Shown: one piece after another, positions 25,659 through 37,564 of the stretch | Numbering within the stretch: the stretch's first letter is position 1 | Layout of the letters: each line of letters starts with the position of its first letter | DNA from: Cenococcum geophilum | Taxonomy: Eukaryota | Assembly: GCA_050273025.1 (NCBI GenBank) | Contig: CP158635.1 | Span: forward strand, 18,786,001-18,850,000 | Direction of reading: 5' to 3' | Length of the DNA stretch: 64,000 nucleotides | The notes under the pieces: model-generated | Databases searched by the model: none | Told to the model about the DNA's origin: nothing | What the model saw: only the letters and a program-made list of their open reading frames with translations | Program-made: the position numbers and the translations under genes

Positions 25659-28245
25659 ATGAAACTCACACACCACCTCCTCTTTCCCTTCCTCTTAGAC
25701 TTTGCCTTTGCCAGAGACATTATATTCCCACCGATTGCAGGCTACCAGCAAAATTTCATTCGCGAATTCGGTGGCATTGACATCTCAACTGGTAGCGCTT
25801 TCTCCGGATTGACGACTTTCGCAAATTTGCCTTATGTGCATTGCTTGGCTGAGGGAAAGAAGGTGGAGAAGTTTGATATAGCCATTCTGGGGGCGCCTTT
25901 TGATACCGTGAGTTTAATCTTATAGTGTGTTTCTGAAGTTTGGAAGTGCGGATTTGTTTGTGGGTCTTATAATGGTTGGCTATGGTCTTCCTGATATTGA
26001 GAATGACTCTACGGGATCTAAATGCCTAAGTTAGCTGATGAGGTTGGCAATACATGGAGTTATGCATGGGATGTATGGAGAAACATTCAAGAAGTCAGGT
26101 TAAGGAAGTGAGGCGCAGCGACTAACGTGGTTCATGAGGGGCTCCAAGAGCAATAAAGGGTTCAATCGACGCTGTCTAACCTAAGAAATGAGGAGAAGAC
26201 GTGTAAGGTTTTGGGTCTATGAGAAAGGGTGGAAAGCGGTCGTATGGGTGAAAAGTTCCTATGGACAGCAATGGGCTGACTGCTACCAATCAAATAGGGT
26301 GTCACAGCCAGACCAGGCGCGCGGTTCGGTCCCGGAGGTATCCGTCAAGGTTCGAGAAGAATGGCGCCTGGAGATGCCTGGAGCATATACACAGGTCTGT
26401 CTTATTCGTTCTATTTTGCGTATCATCATCGCACAGCCTCGTATATTTAGCCGTATTCTCCTTCGTGAAGCCGTACTTAAGCAAGTGGGAACGTTGCACA
26501 ATGCACTGGTGCGAGGGAGAGGCTGAGCAACTCACGTTCTACCATATGTCCCACCACAGCCTCGGCGTCAGCAAACTTCAAAGACCGTTGAGAGTATTTC
26601 GCTTTCTAAGAGTAGCATCTTGCATAGGGCCTGCTCGGCCCGGTCACCGTTACGGCGAACTGCGTAATAGCCTTGCTGGAGATGTTGATCCCCTCGCTAT
26701 TTCTAACTCCCTAGATCCGCCATGCAGTGCGGGCGGACGGTAGCAGTGTAGACGGTCTTACCGATGCTGATTTGTCCCTGTCTAGGAGAAAATGTGTTTA
26801 TTGATTGGGCCAAAATTGTTGATTGCGGCGATGCGCCGCTGACGTTTTTGGTAAGTGAAGCACTTTGATGTGAGCAAATTGTAGGGATATTGAAAGCTGA
26901 TACCCAAAATGCGAAGGACAATACAGTTGCTTTGCAGCAACTGGATAAAGTACATAAGGTTCGTAGAAGCAATAAATCCTTTGCAAGGATACACAGTGAT
27001 GAGACCGGATTTGCATTGATGACCTCTAAGTTTTATGGTAGAAAAGTTACAATGAGTGTGTTACGTTCAAGAACATCAAATAATAGGGTGGATGTAGGTC
27101 ATTTCTGGTCGAGAGACGAATTCAAGCGAATATTCCACTCCAAGAATCATTACCCTAGGTGGCGACCATACTACTACGCTGTCGGCACTTAGATCTACGT
27201 ACAAGCGGTGGGGCCAAGTGAGTGTTATACATTTCGATAGCCATATTGGTGAGATGTTTTGAAACGATCGACAGGGTGTGTGGTACGATCAGCTGACGAA
27301 GCTATAACGTAGATACATGGGATCCAACGGTACTAGGTACGTCTAAGTTGGTGCGTAAAGGTGATAAGTTCAGTTTTAACAGTCCGGCCCAGGTGGCGGT
27401 TTATCGCATTATGCGTGAGTTCAACCGAGGCAGCTTATGCTACGAAACGAGGGGTTTGGAATCAAGTTAGTATGGAGGTGCTGACTGGTCGTACTACTAG
27501 TGGAGTAAACCATGGCACGTTCCTGCACATCGCCCACGAGGAAGGTTTGATTCGCAATACATCCATACATGCAGGTATTCGAGCCCCCGTAATACGCCGT
27601 GAAGGAGACGTGAGGAACGACATCCGATGCGGATTCGAAATCGTCAAAGCTAGAGATATTGATCGAATCGGCACGGCCGGAGTTATTGGGAAGCTGAAAG
27701 CGAGAGTAGCCGGATCAAGGGTCTATATCAGTGTTGATATAGACGTCCTGGATCCAGCATTTGCGCCAGGTGAGTGGGGCACGGTTTCTCTTCTCGCACA
27801 ATCTCAAGGTCACAAAGCTCACAAATTTTGAAATCCTGGTACCCTTGGTGGCCCCGGAATCGACTCTTTGATGCAGATTGTCTTGTATCTCTTAATCGAA
27901 GCCCAGTTGTTCCTAAGCCGTGATACTTCAGTGTGAATGGCTAACACGTCTCGTTTCACAAGCAACCGGAACAGCGGAGGTGGGCGGATGGACGACACGA
28001 GAGCTGCTTACGATACTTGATGGGATGAGTGGTATGGATGTCATTGGGGCAGATGTTGGTTAGTTGTCTGCAACTCTGTGCGCTCTCCGTAAAACCCTGC
28101 ACCCCCAGTAAGCTAATCGCAGACTGCGTGCTTAGTGGAAGTTGCACCGATATACGATAACCCGGGTGAGACGACGGTCCTTGCAGCTGCGGAAGTTGTT
28201 CATTCGCTATTGGCTTTGATGGTACAGCAGCCTGTCAAGGTATGA
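25659..28245 (+). CDS. Agmatinase/ureohydrolase-family protein with predicted signal peptide, ~10 exons
   Basis: [73 protein letters not shown]n-binding motifs joined by GT-AG introns. Confidence 0.9.
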
Positions 28246-28831
28246 GTAAACATAGAGTGGCGGCTGCACCGTTGATTAGATCTTGCGAGTGACACGGCCC
28301 CCTTTCTCAAATAGTCTCCTGGCTTTGGCTAGCCACCTGGGTAGGAATTTTGGGGTATCTTCGGGGCATTGCTCTGCAAAAACAGTTGTTATGTGATGGC
28401 GAGAATTGAGTTTTGATATATATCGAAGTTGAAAAATAGAGCGCAACATTCTCACCTCCCAAGATTCACATTGAGGGAAAATGTGACCCGTTTTGCTCAA
28501 CTCCACCACCTTCCTTGAGTTAATGTGGCCTTTTTTACGCTTGGGGTTCGGTAGTGGCAAAATAAAAGTGGGAAAGTTGCTGTACTGTACGTACCTAGAT
28601 TGTGTGGGGGGTGGTTCTCTTCATCAATATTACCAATTCAACTTAGCTTTTGCCCAGCAGAGTAGAAGATGGCTAGCCAATCAGGATCAAGATAGTTTTG
28701 ATGTTGGCCCGAAGCCGAGGTGATGTCAACCCCACCAATTCCGAGCGCCAACCGACATGACCACCGCCAACAAGTCCACTACCTCAGGAACTATTAATTA
28801 CTTATATTATTCATATACTGGCACTCAAACC

Positions 28832-29430
28832 ATGTCTAGTCAAGGAGAGGAACCTAAGAAGTTTGAGCCCAAGAAACCTGTTCAGCTTGACCCTCCCAAG
28901 GACGATCCTATCAGCCTTGAATACCTCTCTAAATGCAATGGTAAGAACATTCATACATCTTACCAATTTGTACAAGGATTGCGCCGACAAGATAGTATGC
29001 AGGCATAAATGAGGATTTTCCCACTCTTGTGGCAATCAAAGTACCGCAAACCCTCTCGAGTTTCCAATTTCAAGCTGACTAGACCTTTCGCCGTGAGACT
29101 AACACATCTGCAAAACTAGGGAACAGTCTTTGATGTGAGCGGCAACCAAGCGTATGGACCAAAAGGCCAGTATCATGGTATGTCTCATCGTCAAATCAAT
29201 GATTTCACACCTAAGGCTGAAGTCTAACTCGGCTATGGCTACTAGTGTTCGCTGGAAAAGAACCCAACCGTGCTCTCGCTCAATCCTCTCTCAAATCTGA
29301 AGACTGCGTTACAGAATGGGAAGACCTTCAGGATAAAGAGAAGAAAGTACTAGATGACTGGTTCACTTTCTTCAGCAAGCGATATAACATCGTTGGACGA
29401 ATACAACGCGAGGGCGCCGCCAACCTATGA
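28832..29430 (+). CDS. Cytochrome b5-like heme/steroid-binding (MAPR/Dap-family) protein, 4 exons
   Basis: ISLEYLSKCNG, LVAIKGTVFDVSGNQAYGPKGQYHVFAGKEPNRALA, DWFTFFSKRYNIVG; an in-frame upstream ATG at 28757 is an alternative start. Confidence 0.88.
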
Positions 29431-30555
29431 CAAGCCTTCCTCCGCATGGCCGAAAGCGCGCTCTGTAAATGGCACGGATCGTGGAAATGCTCACGCGGTT
29501 TTTGTGTGGGAGAACTGCTGAACTCACATATGCCGTGCATGATTAGCTGTTGTGATCCTCATCGTTTGGCTGTTGCACTACAATAACGCTTCGGCTGCAG
29601 TGTAATCATTGAGAAAAGAACCGAAACGAAACGACCTTCGTACCGGGTGTTGGTGATGGGATAGGTTGCGAATTTCTGTGTCCGCGTCAGGTAACGCCAT
29701 CAGTGACCCCGTTGTCTACGTTCCTTCTCCTTCTCGTACCTCAGAATGAAGCAAGATTTTCGACGCGCCTTATTAAATGCCGAACATCTCTGGAATATAT
29801 CTGTCGTGCCACGCCGATGTTGAACTTTAAGAATGCGGAGATCTTGTCATACCAACGGAATATACTCGTGGTTCCCGTCTTCCCCAGGAACGAGCCCTGA
29901 CAATAGACAGATGCGCAATGCACTCGGAAACTCTAGAGAATCCTAGGCGTGAGTGGCATAATTGCTCAAATAGTGATAATACAATTAAGAACCAGGCAAT
30001 TTAACTCGGCGGTTTGAATAAGCACTGTAAACATATAGAAAATGTCGAATGCAAGACTACCGGCGTCTAAACATCAAATTTGAAGCATGGCATTGTTTAT
30101 CTTAGCCAAGTGAAGATTGAGAACAGTCTGCCTGATGCAGTATCTACGTACACATAACATAAGCCCTAAAGAGAAACTGGATATCGCCCAAAGTGCCCTG
30201 TGTTACCATAATAGCAACCTCACTCATCGACCAAATAGCCATCCCTATGCCGCAATCGCTGAAACTGACTCATTCCATGTCATTGCACGAAGTGACACGC
30301 TACCTCCTTACCATCAAGCCAAAAGGGAAATTAACCGAAATTCTACAAGATAGCTATGCCGTATGTGGACCCTTAGCCTTCTTTTATAAATCGAATACTC
30401 TCGGCTTCAATTCCAAATCATGCCCTGCGCAAAAACACACCACCTGCCCCTCATTCTTCTCCAATCCAACTTTTCCCACCCTTGCATCCCTTCTCCTCTG
30501 GTCTATCCAGCCTCTTATCTCCTATTCTTTGTCATTATTTCTTCACCCCCTCAAT

Positions 30556-30831
30556 CTACTTCCCGCCACACTCAAACTTTCCATTTGCCTCCATCCCGCC
30601 TCCCCTAATCTGTCCTACACCACCAGGGTCCACCCCACCCCCAATTACTCGTTGTGGTAAACCACTGCCGACACAAGCAGCGCAGTTTTCACGAGGCTGT
30701 GCCCATTCACGCTTGATACTCCACGCACCAAAGCACTGGTGGTTGGGGTCATTTCGTGCAAAATGGCAGTGCTTGATTAACCGCCGCCCGACATGCCCGC
30801 AGGAGAAGTGGATTGACTCGTAGTGACACAT
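30556..30831 (-). CDS. Small Cys/His-rich hypothetical protein (91 aa), possible Zn-binding
   Basis: MCHYESIHFSCGH...HCHFARNDPNHQCFG...W...CAAC pattern, single exon, Gly-rich tail. Confidence 0.6.
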   Translation of the reverse strand: MCHYESIHFSCGHVGRRLIKHCHFARNDPNHQCFGAWSIKREWAQPRENCAACVGSGLPQRVIGGGVDPGGVGQIRGGGMEANGKFECGGK

Positions 30832-32030
30832 CTCCGGATTTGTGCCTGGCGTCGGGTGATTAGGGGTTAGCAGGGTGCTGAAATCGTCCGTGTGGGTTGG
30901 TGAGGAGGCTGGCAAACTTCCAGTGTCATGAGAACGAAAAGAGTCACAAATGGGAAAGAAATAAGGAGTTTGAACCCTGGATGGCTTCGTAGTCAGTTTT
31001 CAAGAAGTTCTTGAAAGCGAAGTGGCAGAGAAGAGGTCTGAGGGGAAACCAGAGCCGTGTATTTGATATAAGTCTTCGCACTGGTTTAGGAAGCGTGTAA
31101 AGAGACAATCTCGAGAGCAATCTGTGGAGAGCTCTCCAGATAGCACTCTGCTTTATACCCTTTTCTTCCCAATATGGACACGCTCGCACAGTGCAACAAA
31201 CCCCAGTCTGCACTCGCTCGATGCTGTTCTGTTAGCCACTCCAATCACTGCCTTCGATGTTTCTCTACTACCTCAACGAGCTCTGCGCATACCCATGGAA
31301 AACAGCGTCTTTGTATGGTGGTCTAGATTTGACGTCGTATCTTGTTCTTCGTCTTCCCGTCGTCCGTCGCCTCGGCGATTGGCAGTACGCTCAAGCTTTA
31401 CGCAGCTCGCCCGCGGGGAAGCGTGGAAGGGCTCCGTCCATCCTGTGTATCCGTCTCACACCAGTCCAACGTGCTCGCCTTCCACCACACAAACTAGAAA
31501 CCGAATCTCGCCATACTTCCACCGCGCCGTCGTGAGCGTCTGAAATCTGAGCGCTCACTTTCCTATAGTGAAAAGGCTTGATTTGGAGGGTCAGTACTCG
31601 CCAACCTAGTGTCGTACAAATATCTTGAGTAACCCATCTCTGCACATGGGGTATCCCGGGGAAGTTGCAAGGTCTAATCCGCACACAAAGGCGCGTACAC
31701 TGAGAAAAACCTAGGAGCTGAATTGGCAAAGCTCAACATCTCACCCCGAGCCGCAATTTCCGGTAGATATACAGAATCTGCAGATGGGCGGATCAAAGTA
31801 GAGGCCAATCAGTGGTCGCTAGAGAATGGAGCTGCCGCTGAGATGTAATAAATCCTTCGGGCTAAGAACAGGATAAAAAAAAAATAACTTAATAAGGTTT
31901 CTTCGCCGTAGTATGACATGCCCAGTTGGTCCTAGTTTTAAGCCGAACACCTACGCACAGCGAATCAAAGTCAAAATACTAAAATCAATAAATTCTCGAT
32001 GAAGAAAATTATCTTAAATCAAGAAAAGCA

Positions 32031-34316
32031 TCAAGGCCTCGACTCCTTCTTGCGTGTGCGACGTATCATCCTCTTTTTCGCAATGATCTGCTGCCGCCTA
32101 GCTAACTTCCCGTCCTTTGCAGCGGCAGAGCCATCATCATGTTGCCCTTGATCCTTAAGGTCACACTCTTCCATCAGGCCCCTTTTCCGCTTCCGCGTTC
32201 CTTGTTTCTCACGCACCTGGCCCGATTTTCCTACCTGATTTGCGCCCTTCTCTGTCACAGAATTACCACCCTTGTGCGAGGCGGACGGTCGCTCCCGTGC
32301 CTTATTCTCTCTCTCGCTGCGCCTGCTGACAACTTGAGCATTCTCTATGGCAAATTCGACAATCAAACGTTTTTTCTTATCGAGGACTTCTTCTTTCGTC
32401 GTCTTTTTTCCTTTATTCTCTTTCGTGCGATAGCCGATAGCGTGGCCATTCAACCACCGTAGTCCCATCAATGCCGAGCGATGAGTATAGTATTCAATAA
32501 AGCCATAGCCTCGGCTGCGCCCTGCGCCGCTAGATTCACTGACCTTGCCTCCATCGTGGGTTTCGAAGACGACCTTTGCTTGCTTAACAATGCCCTTTGC
32601 TCGAGTTTTTCGGTCCTTTTCGGACTGTTTCATATCTTCACCCCCACGCGCCAATTCCTCTTTGGATAGCCGTTGACGGGTTCCAGCCTTTACATCCTTG
32701 GCAAATCCAACCACAGCTTCGCGCGCAAGAGCTTTGAGGTCCTTGGACGTAACACTTCGGGGAATATTCCGGACTGAGAGACGAGTGAGACTGAGATGGA
32801 GGGATGGGTTACTTTGAATTAAAGTTTTCCGCTGCTTAGCGCTAGCTTCACGCATCGTGATCTCGGAAGGAGAAAGTTTCTGGTACAACGGCGAATCCCT
32901 CGGGATAGTGCCTTCAGATAACAAGTACAATCGTCGTTTGTCCTTGTCACGATTGAATCGCTGAGCAGCTCCCTCCGCTGTCAGCCTAGCAGCTTCGGAA
33001 CGATCGACAGCACGTGAGATTTGCAACACTCGGCCTTCCATAGTATACCGTCCCGTAGGGTCAGCGTCTTCGTTCTGGAGAACAGAGTGCGCAGTTAGGG
33101 CTGTAGAAGATTCCTTCGAAGCTTTCGAATCTTGGGGGGTGCGAATCCTAGGAACGCCTTTCAAACAATCGTCGGCGTCCGACTCTTTTACAAAACAAAC
33201 AAACCCAGTTCCTTTAGGTCTTTCAGTGGCCTGGTCCAAGACAATTCTCGCGTAGCGCACGGAACCGAATTGCGAAAAGCGTTCTTTTAGGCTCTCGTCA
33301 GAGCAGGTAAACGGAAGGTTGCGTACAAACAAGGTATTTGCCTCGGGCTTGGTTTTTAAAGGGCTTGCTAGGTGATCCAACTCAATACTACCAGCATCGT
33401 TGTCAGTCTCATTATCGTAAGAGTATTCCTCATCAGAAAACGAATCACCCTCTTCCTCAACTCCATCAGCATCTTCAGCGTCTTCACCATCTCCTGAGGT
33501 CTCATCTTCTTCCATAATGTTCTTGCCATCTTCAGTACCCTCATACTTATTCTGAGCGCCATTCTGAAGATCTTGCCATGCATCCTTTTCCACCGCCCAA
33601 TCGACAGCGAGTGTCCGACCGTCGACTTCCTTGCCATTGACACCCTCCATAGCTTTTTCTGCGTTTTTCCGTCCTCGCATGACCACAAATCCAAAGCCAG
33701 CCATTAGCCCGACCTTTTTCTTCGGGATTGTAGCATGCTTGACCTTGCCATAGCTCCTAAAGAGAACAGCCAACTGCTCCGGCTCTTTTATACTCCACGG
33801 AAGGTTTCGTATGATAAGCTTTGGCGGTTGCTGCGTCTCTCTCTTCTGCTGCTCCCGCACTGCCTTGGCCTCTACGGCAGCACTTGAAGGTACACTCTTC
33901 TTGTGCCCTGGAATTTCTGTGTCAACCTCTCGATGCCGTGGCTCTGCTATCTCCACCTTAATCTTCCTTCCTTGTAGTATAGATCCATTGAACTCTTCTC
34001 TTGCACGCTGGGCGTCTTCAACGTCGGCGAAGGTGACGAATCCATAGCCCTTGCATTGCTTCGTAGCGGGATCAAGGACGGCCGTTGCATGCTTAATTGG
34101 ATAAGTTTGTGAGAAAAGCTCCGTCAGGTCGTCAGTCGTGACTGTAGCTGTAAGGGAGCGGATGAAGAGGGATCTGCGCTGTTGGAGCTGATTTTTTTGT
34201 TCGTCGTTTGGAGCTTCTTCAACTCCATTGGGTACATCTTGACCAATGTCAGCTTCAGCCGTTACTGCCTCTGCTCCATCTTCAGAAAGCCTTTGCCTCT
34301 TTCGACGAGGCCCCAT
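32031..34316 (-). CDS. NOP4: Nucleolar multi-RRM 60S biogenesis protein Nop4/RBM28
   Basis: Four RRMs (KGYGFVTF, AGFGFVVM, KGTGFVCF, RGYGFIEY), acidic linker, DKRRLYLLSEG, RLIVEFAIEN; intronless; ATG at 34316. Confidence 0.95.
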   Translation of the reverse strand: MGPRRKRQRLSEDGAEAVTAEADIGQDVPNGVEEAPNDEQKNQLQQRRSLFIRSLTATVTTDDLTELFSQTYPIKHATAVLDPATKQCKGYGFVTFADVEDAQRAREEFNGSILQGRKIKVEIAEPRHREVDTEIPGHKKSVPSSAAVEAKAVREQQKRETQQPPKLIIRNLPWSIKEPEQLAVLFRSYGKVKHATIPKKKVGLMAGFGFVVMRGRKNAEKAMEGVNGKEVDGRTLAVDWAVEKDAWQDLQNGAQNKYEGTEDGKNIMEEDETSGDGEDAEDADGVEEEGDSFSDEEYSYDNETDNDAGSIELDHLASPLKTKPEANTLFVRNLPFTCSDESLKERFSQFGSVRYARIVLDQATERPKGTGFVCFVKESDADDCLKGVPRIRTPQDSKASKESSTALTAHSVLQNEDADPTGRYTMEGRVLQISRAVDRSEAARLTAEGAAQRFNRDKDKRRLYLLSEGTIPRDSPLYQKLSPSEITMREASAKQRKTLIQSNPSLHLSLTRLSVRNIPRSVTSKDLKALAREAVVGFAKDVKAGTRQRLSKEELARGGEDMKQSEKDRKTRAKGIVKQAKVVFETHDGGKVSESSGAGRSRGYGFIEYYTHRSALMGLRWLNGHAIGYRTKENKGKKTTKEEVLDKKKRLIVEFAIENAQVVSRRSERENKARERPSASHKGGNSVTEKGANQVGKSGQVREKQGTRKRKRGLMEECDLKDQGQHDDGSAAAKDGKLARRQQIIAKKRMIRRTRKKESRP

Positions 34317-35021
34317 ATTGAGTTGTAGGGTATTTCGGTAGAGTCGAGTTTTCGAATGGCAGTATCTCACAAGAAATTTTAGACCGCCGGAAAATTTCCG
34401 CCCCGAAAGCTTGGCCAAAAAAGCTTGGGCCAAATATCCTTTAGAGCCTCAAGTTCTTCTCATTCAACCCCAGAATTGCCTCACCAAACTTAGCTAAATA
34501 AATTACAAACACAGTTGCTCTACCATTTACTAGTGTCATCATTGAAATGTTGGACTTACGTCATGGAAAAGTTTTGTATAATTTTTCTTGACGCTTTTTA
34601 CTCATCATTTCCATTCCTTAGAGGCAAATTCGTCTATGTAGCGGATGGCCGGACCATATTTAGCAGGGGAATGTTTACAGTCTATCCACATTCAACCTAT
34701 CTAAAATTTGAACATTCGTCAGACGTCATATTCCCTTGCACTAACATCATGATCGCGCTCTCTCCCTCTAGCTCATTTCCCTGTTTAGTATAGCCTGGAA
34801 GCTACACTGAACTTACCATTAATTCTGACGTATTGCATCGAAGTCTATGCCTGTGCAAGCAACACGTTACTCACAAAGATACCAATTTTCCATGAACCAG
34901 GGGCTATTCTTGTCACTAATAATGTTGCTTTAGATAATACATAAACTTTCTCTGCAAACACTCCAAAATCCTCCATGGTCTATCTTCTTCAATCATCTAT
35001 TCTGCCGAGAAAATTTTCATC

Positions 35022-36920
35022 ATGTCAAGCACCAATGGCAAAGACCTTAACCATGGTCCCACCGTCGCTTCAGATGAGCCGGGCCGTTAAGATCGTTGAC
35101 GGACGATCTTAGGGAGGATAGGTTGACTCTGTATCGGAAAAAGTGTATTCTCATCAATTAGGAGACTGATTTTATGGGGATGGGCAAGTATCAATGATAT
35201 ATATGGGGTCTCTGTGGATTTGGTCATACGGTTGATCTACTTTGGGCTCAGGCATTTGGTTTAGTTTTGGATCCTCTTCAGCAAGAGTCTGGATTTGATG
35301 GTAACACCACTCTGAATCTGCTTTCAAAGGCGTGTAATGACAATAATAGATGGTTGGACTGGCAATCTTTCTCCACCTTTCTCCTCAGGACTTACAGCCG
35401 GTAAATTTACATTCTTCATCATATCACAACCACGGGCTTGCTCATTTCTCCTCAGGTGCTTTCGCATGGGGAGTCCTTGTTGACATTGTTGGTTTGTGCT
35501 CCGCTCCCAATATTTCCAATTCAATTATTTATACTTAAATAGGTCGAAAATGGGCGTTTAATATGACTGTCTTGATATCTTCCGTCTTTGGGCTTTGTCT
35601 TGGAGTATCAAATTCGTATACTACGCTTCTTGCTCTTGCGGCGTTTGTGGGTTTTAGTATGGGCGGAAATATCCCTATTGACACAACCATAGCTCTCGAA
35701 TTTACCCCGTAGGTAATGCAACTCGTAATGTATAATTTTAGACCATCAAGGTTGGTATTATCATAGAACAAACGATATCTCCTTCCACTTCTCTCCACAT
35801 TTCAGCCCATCGGTGTGGTCCTTTGTAGTACCTTTGCTTACGGCTTCATCCCTAACTATTCTTATTCTCTAATTTCTCTGAAGGAGACGCCGCGTTACCG
35901 TCTTGCAAAGATGTGCTCTCCGGCCATGCTGTCACAAGTCCGACAACATGAGATGGCGTTGCCTCCTCTATAGTCTCGGCGCCATCACACTTCTTGTGTT
36001 CCTCCTTCGCTTCGTCGCCTTTCGCTTTCAAGAATCCCCAAGTTCCTAAAGCGATCAAAGTTCTCGATCATGTCACTAAATCGAACGGTCGTAATACCCT
36101 AGAGATTATCGAAGCATTGCAAAACGAAGACGCAATGGCCAGCGAGTCGCTCATGCTAGGCAGCGGTTCAAGGCAGCGGCGTATGGCCTAGCCCGAGATA
36201 GTTAAGCTCGAGTTCTGATAGCTTAAGCTGCTTTTTTCGAGCAACCATATGGTGGCTAACTATCCTCACTTAGATGACATACATAATGGACTTCTGGGGC
36301 TTTATTGTCGCTGGTATATCTTGTCCCGACCGCCCATCATTTCACCTTACCCTTCCATGCTACCAGCTCATAGCGCTTAAAAGACTTACAAACGGCTAGG
36401 CTTCTACCTCCCCCAAATCCTCGCCCTCAAAAATGGCTCTATCCACCTCTCCATCCGCTGCGCCTGCAGCTGTGTCTACATCTACCTCCCTGGCACCATA
36501 AAAGTCCTCTTTGGTTCACTTCTGTACCGGACACCTCATATCGGCCGCAAACTCACCATGGTTCTCTCCTCCGCCCTTATGGGCATTTCTATCTTCGTCT
36601 TCAGTGCCGTAGAGAGTGCCGCATCCAACATTGGTCTCAGCGCCATGAAATACTTCTGCTAGAGCATGTTCAACTCTGTGCTGTACGGCTGGACGCCCGA
36701 GGCCTTTCTGGCGCCCGTGCGCGGTATCGCGTGCGGCGTGGCGAGTTTCTGGGGGAGGTTGTTTGGCATTGTCAGTCCGCTTGCTGCGCACCATTTGTAT
36801 GCAGACGGGGAAGGGAATGGTGTCAATGCGGTTTTGTGTCTCGCTGGGGGTGTCACGTTGGGGAGCGTCGTCATTACTATGCTATTGCCTAGGAGGATGT
36901 CAGGGATACAGAATTCATAG
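35022..36920 (+). pseudogene. MFS transporter (SV2-like/sugar-transporter-like) pseudogene
   Basis: Motifs GMGKYQ, GAFAWGVLVDIVG, GGNIPIDTTIALEF, FNSVLYGWTPEAF..RG.ACG.ASFWGR; in-frame stops (e.g. TAG at ~35710, ~36272, ~36660) and frameshifts. Confidence 0.82.
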
Positions 36921-37254
36921 AATGCGTGTTAAATAAAGAGAGCTGGGAGGGCGGGAGAGAGTGGGGATGGACTAGTATAAGCCTTTTCTTTTTTAGCTGA
37001 AATTACAGGTACGTAGGTGCGAGAAGACCTGTGGCATTCCGGGTTATCTATTGTTTCAATCTACTGATCAAAAGTCGGAGGCTTCGCCGTGCTTCTTACT
37101 AGCACTTTTGCAACAACAACTAGGACACTAACACAAAATATCCAGATGCATAGACCGCTGCTCTTTTTAGCAGCTTTCTCATTGCCCATATATTCTTTAA
37201 GAGGCGCAATATGGCAAAGAATGCAGCGGTAGACGGACTCAGAGGCGAGACTGC

Positions 37255-37564
37255 TGTTGAACGGACAATCAAGAATGAGAACTCTGTCTATTAAAGAGGG
37301 CTCTTGTCGACCTGAATCGAAGTTCCTTACTACCATCGTAATACTGTCTGACGACCTAGATCGTCTATACGAACTATGTCTCAGTTGTCTCGTATCTTGA
37401 GCTCGTATGTCTCATCGAACGTCTCATTACCTGTTTCTCTTAACTATGACCTACTACATGACGACGTCGTCGTCACTGTATTTAGACCTACCTAATGTAT
37501 ATAAGAGAGCTTCTAGAGCCCTCTTTAATAAACAGAGTTCTAATTCCTGATTGTCCGTTCAACA
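37255..37564 (+). repeat. 5' LTR of the Copia element (310 bp) with ~50-bp terminal inverted repeats
   Basis: TGTTGAACGGACAATC...GATTGTCCGTTCAACA; TATATAAG inside; followed immediately by gttataagccc, a RIP form of the GGTTATGAGCCC-type motif seen after fungal Copia 5' LTRs. Confidence 0.8.

Noticed and set aside
26468..26482. agccgtacttaagc, matching part of common fungal 5S sequences, inside an agmatinase intron
   Set aside because: Only ~14 nt; the flanks do not match or fold as 5S
34317..34433. 39-aa N-terminal extension of NOP4 in the ORF track
   Set aside because: It starts at a non-ATG codon; the first ATG is at 34316 and the extension overlaps GAAAATTT promoter-like motifs
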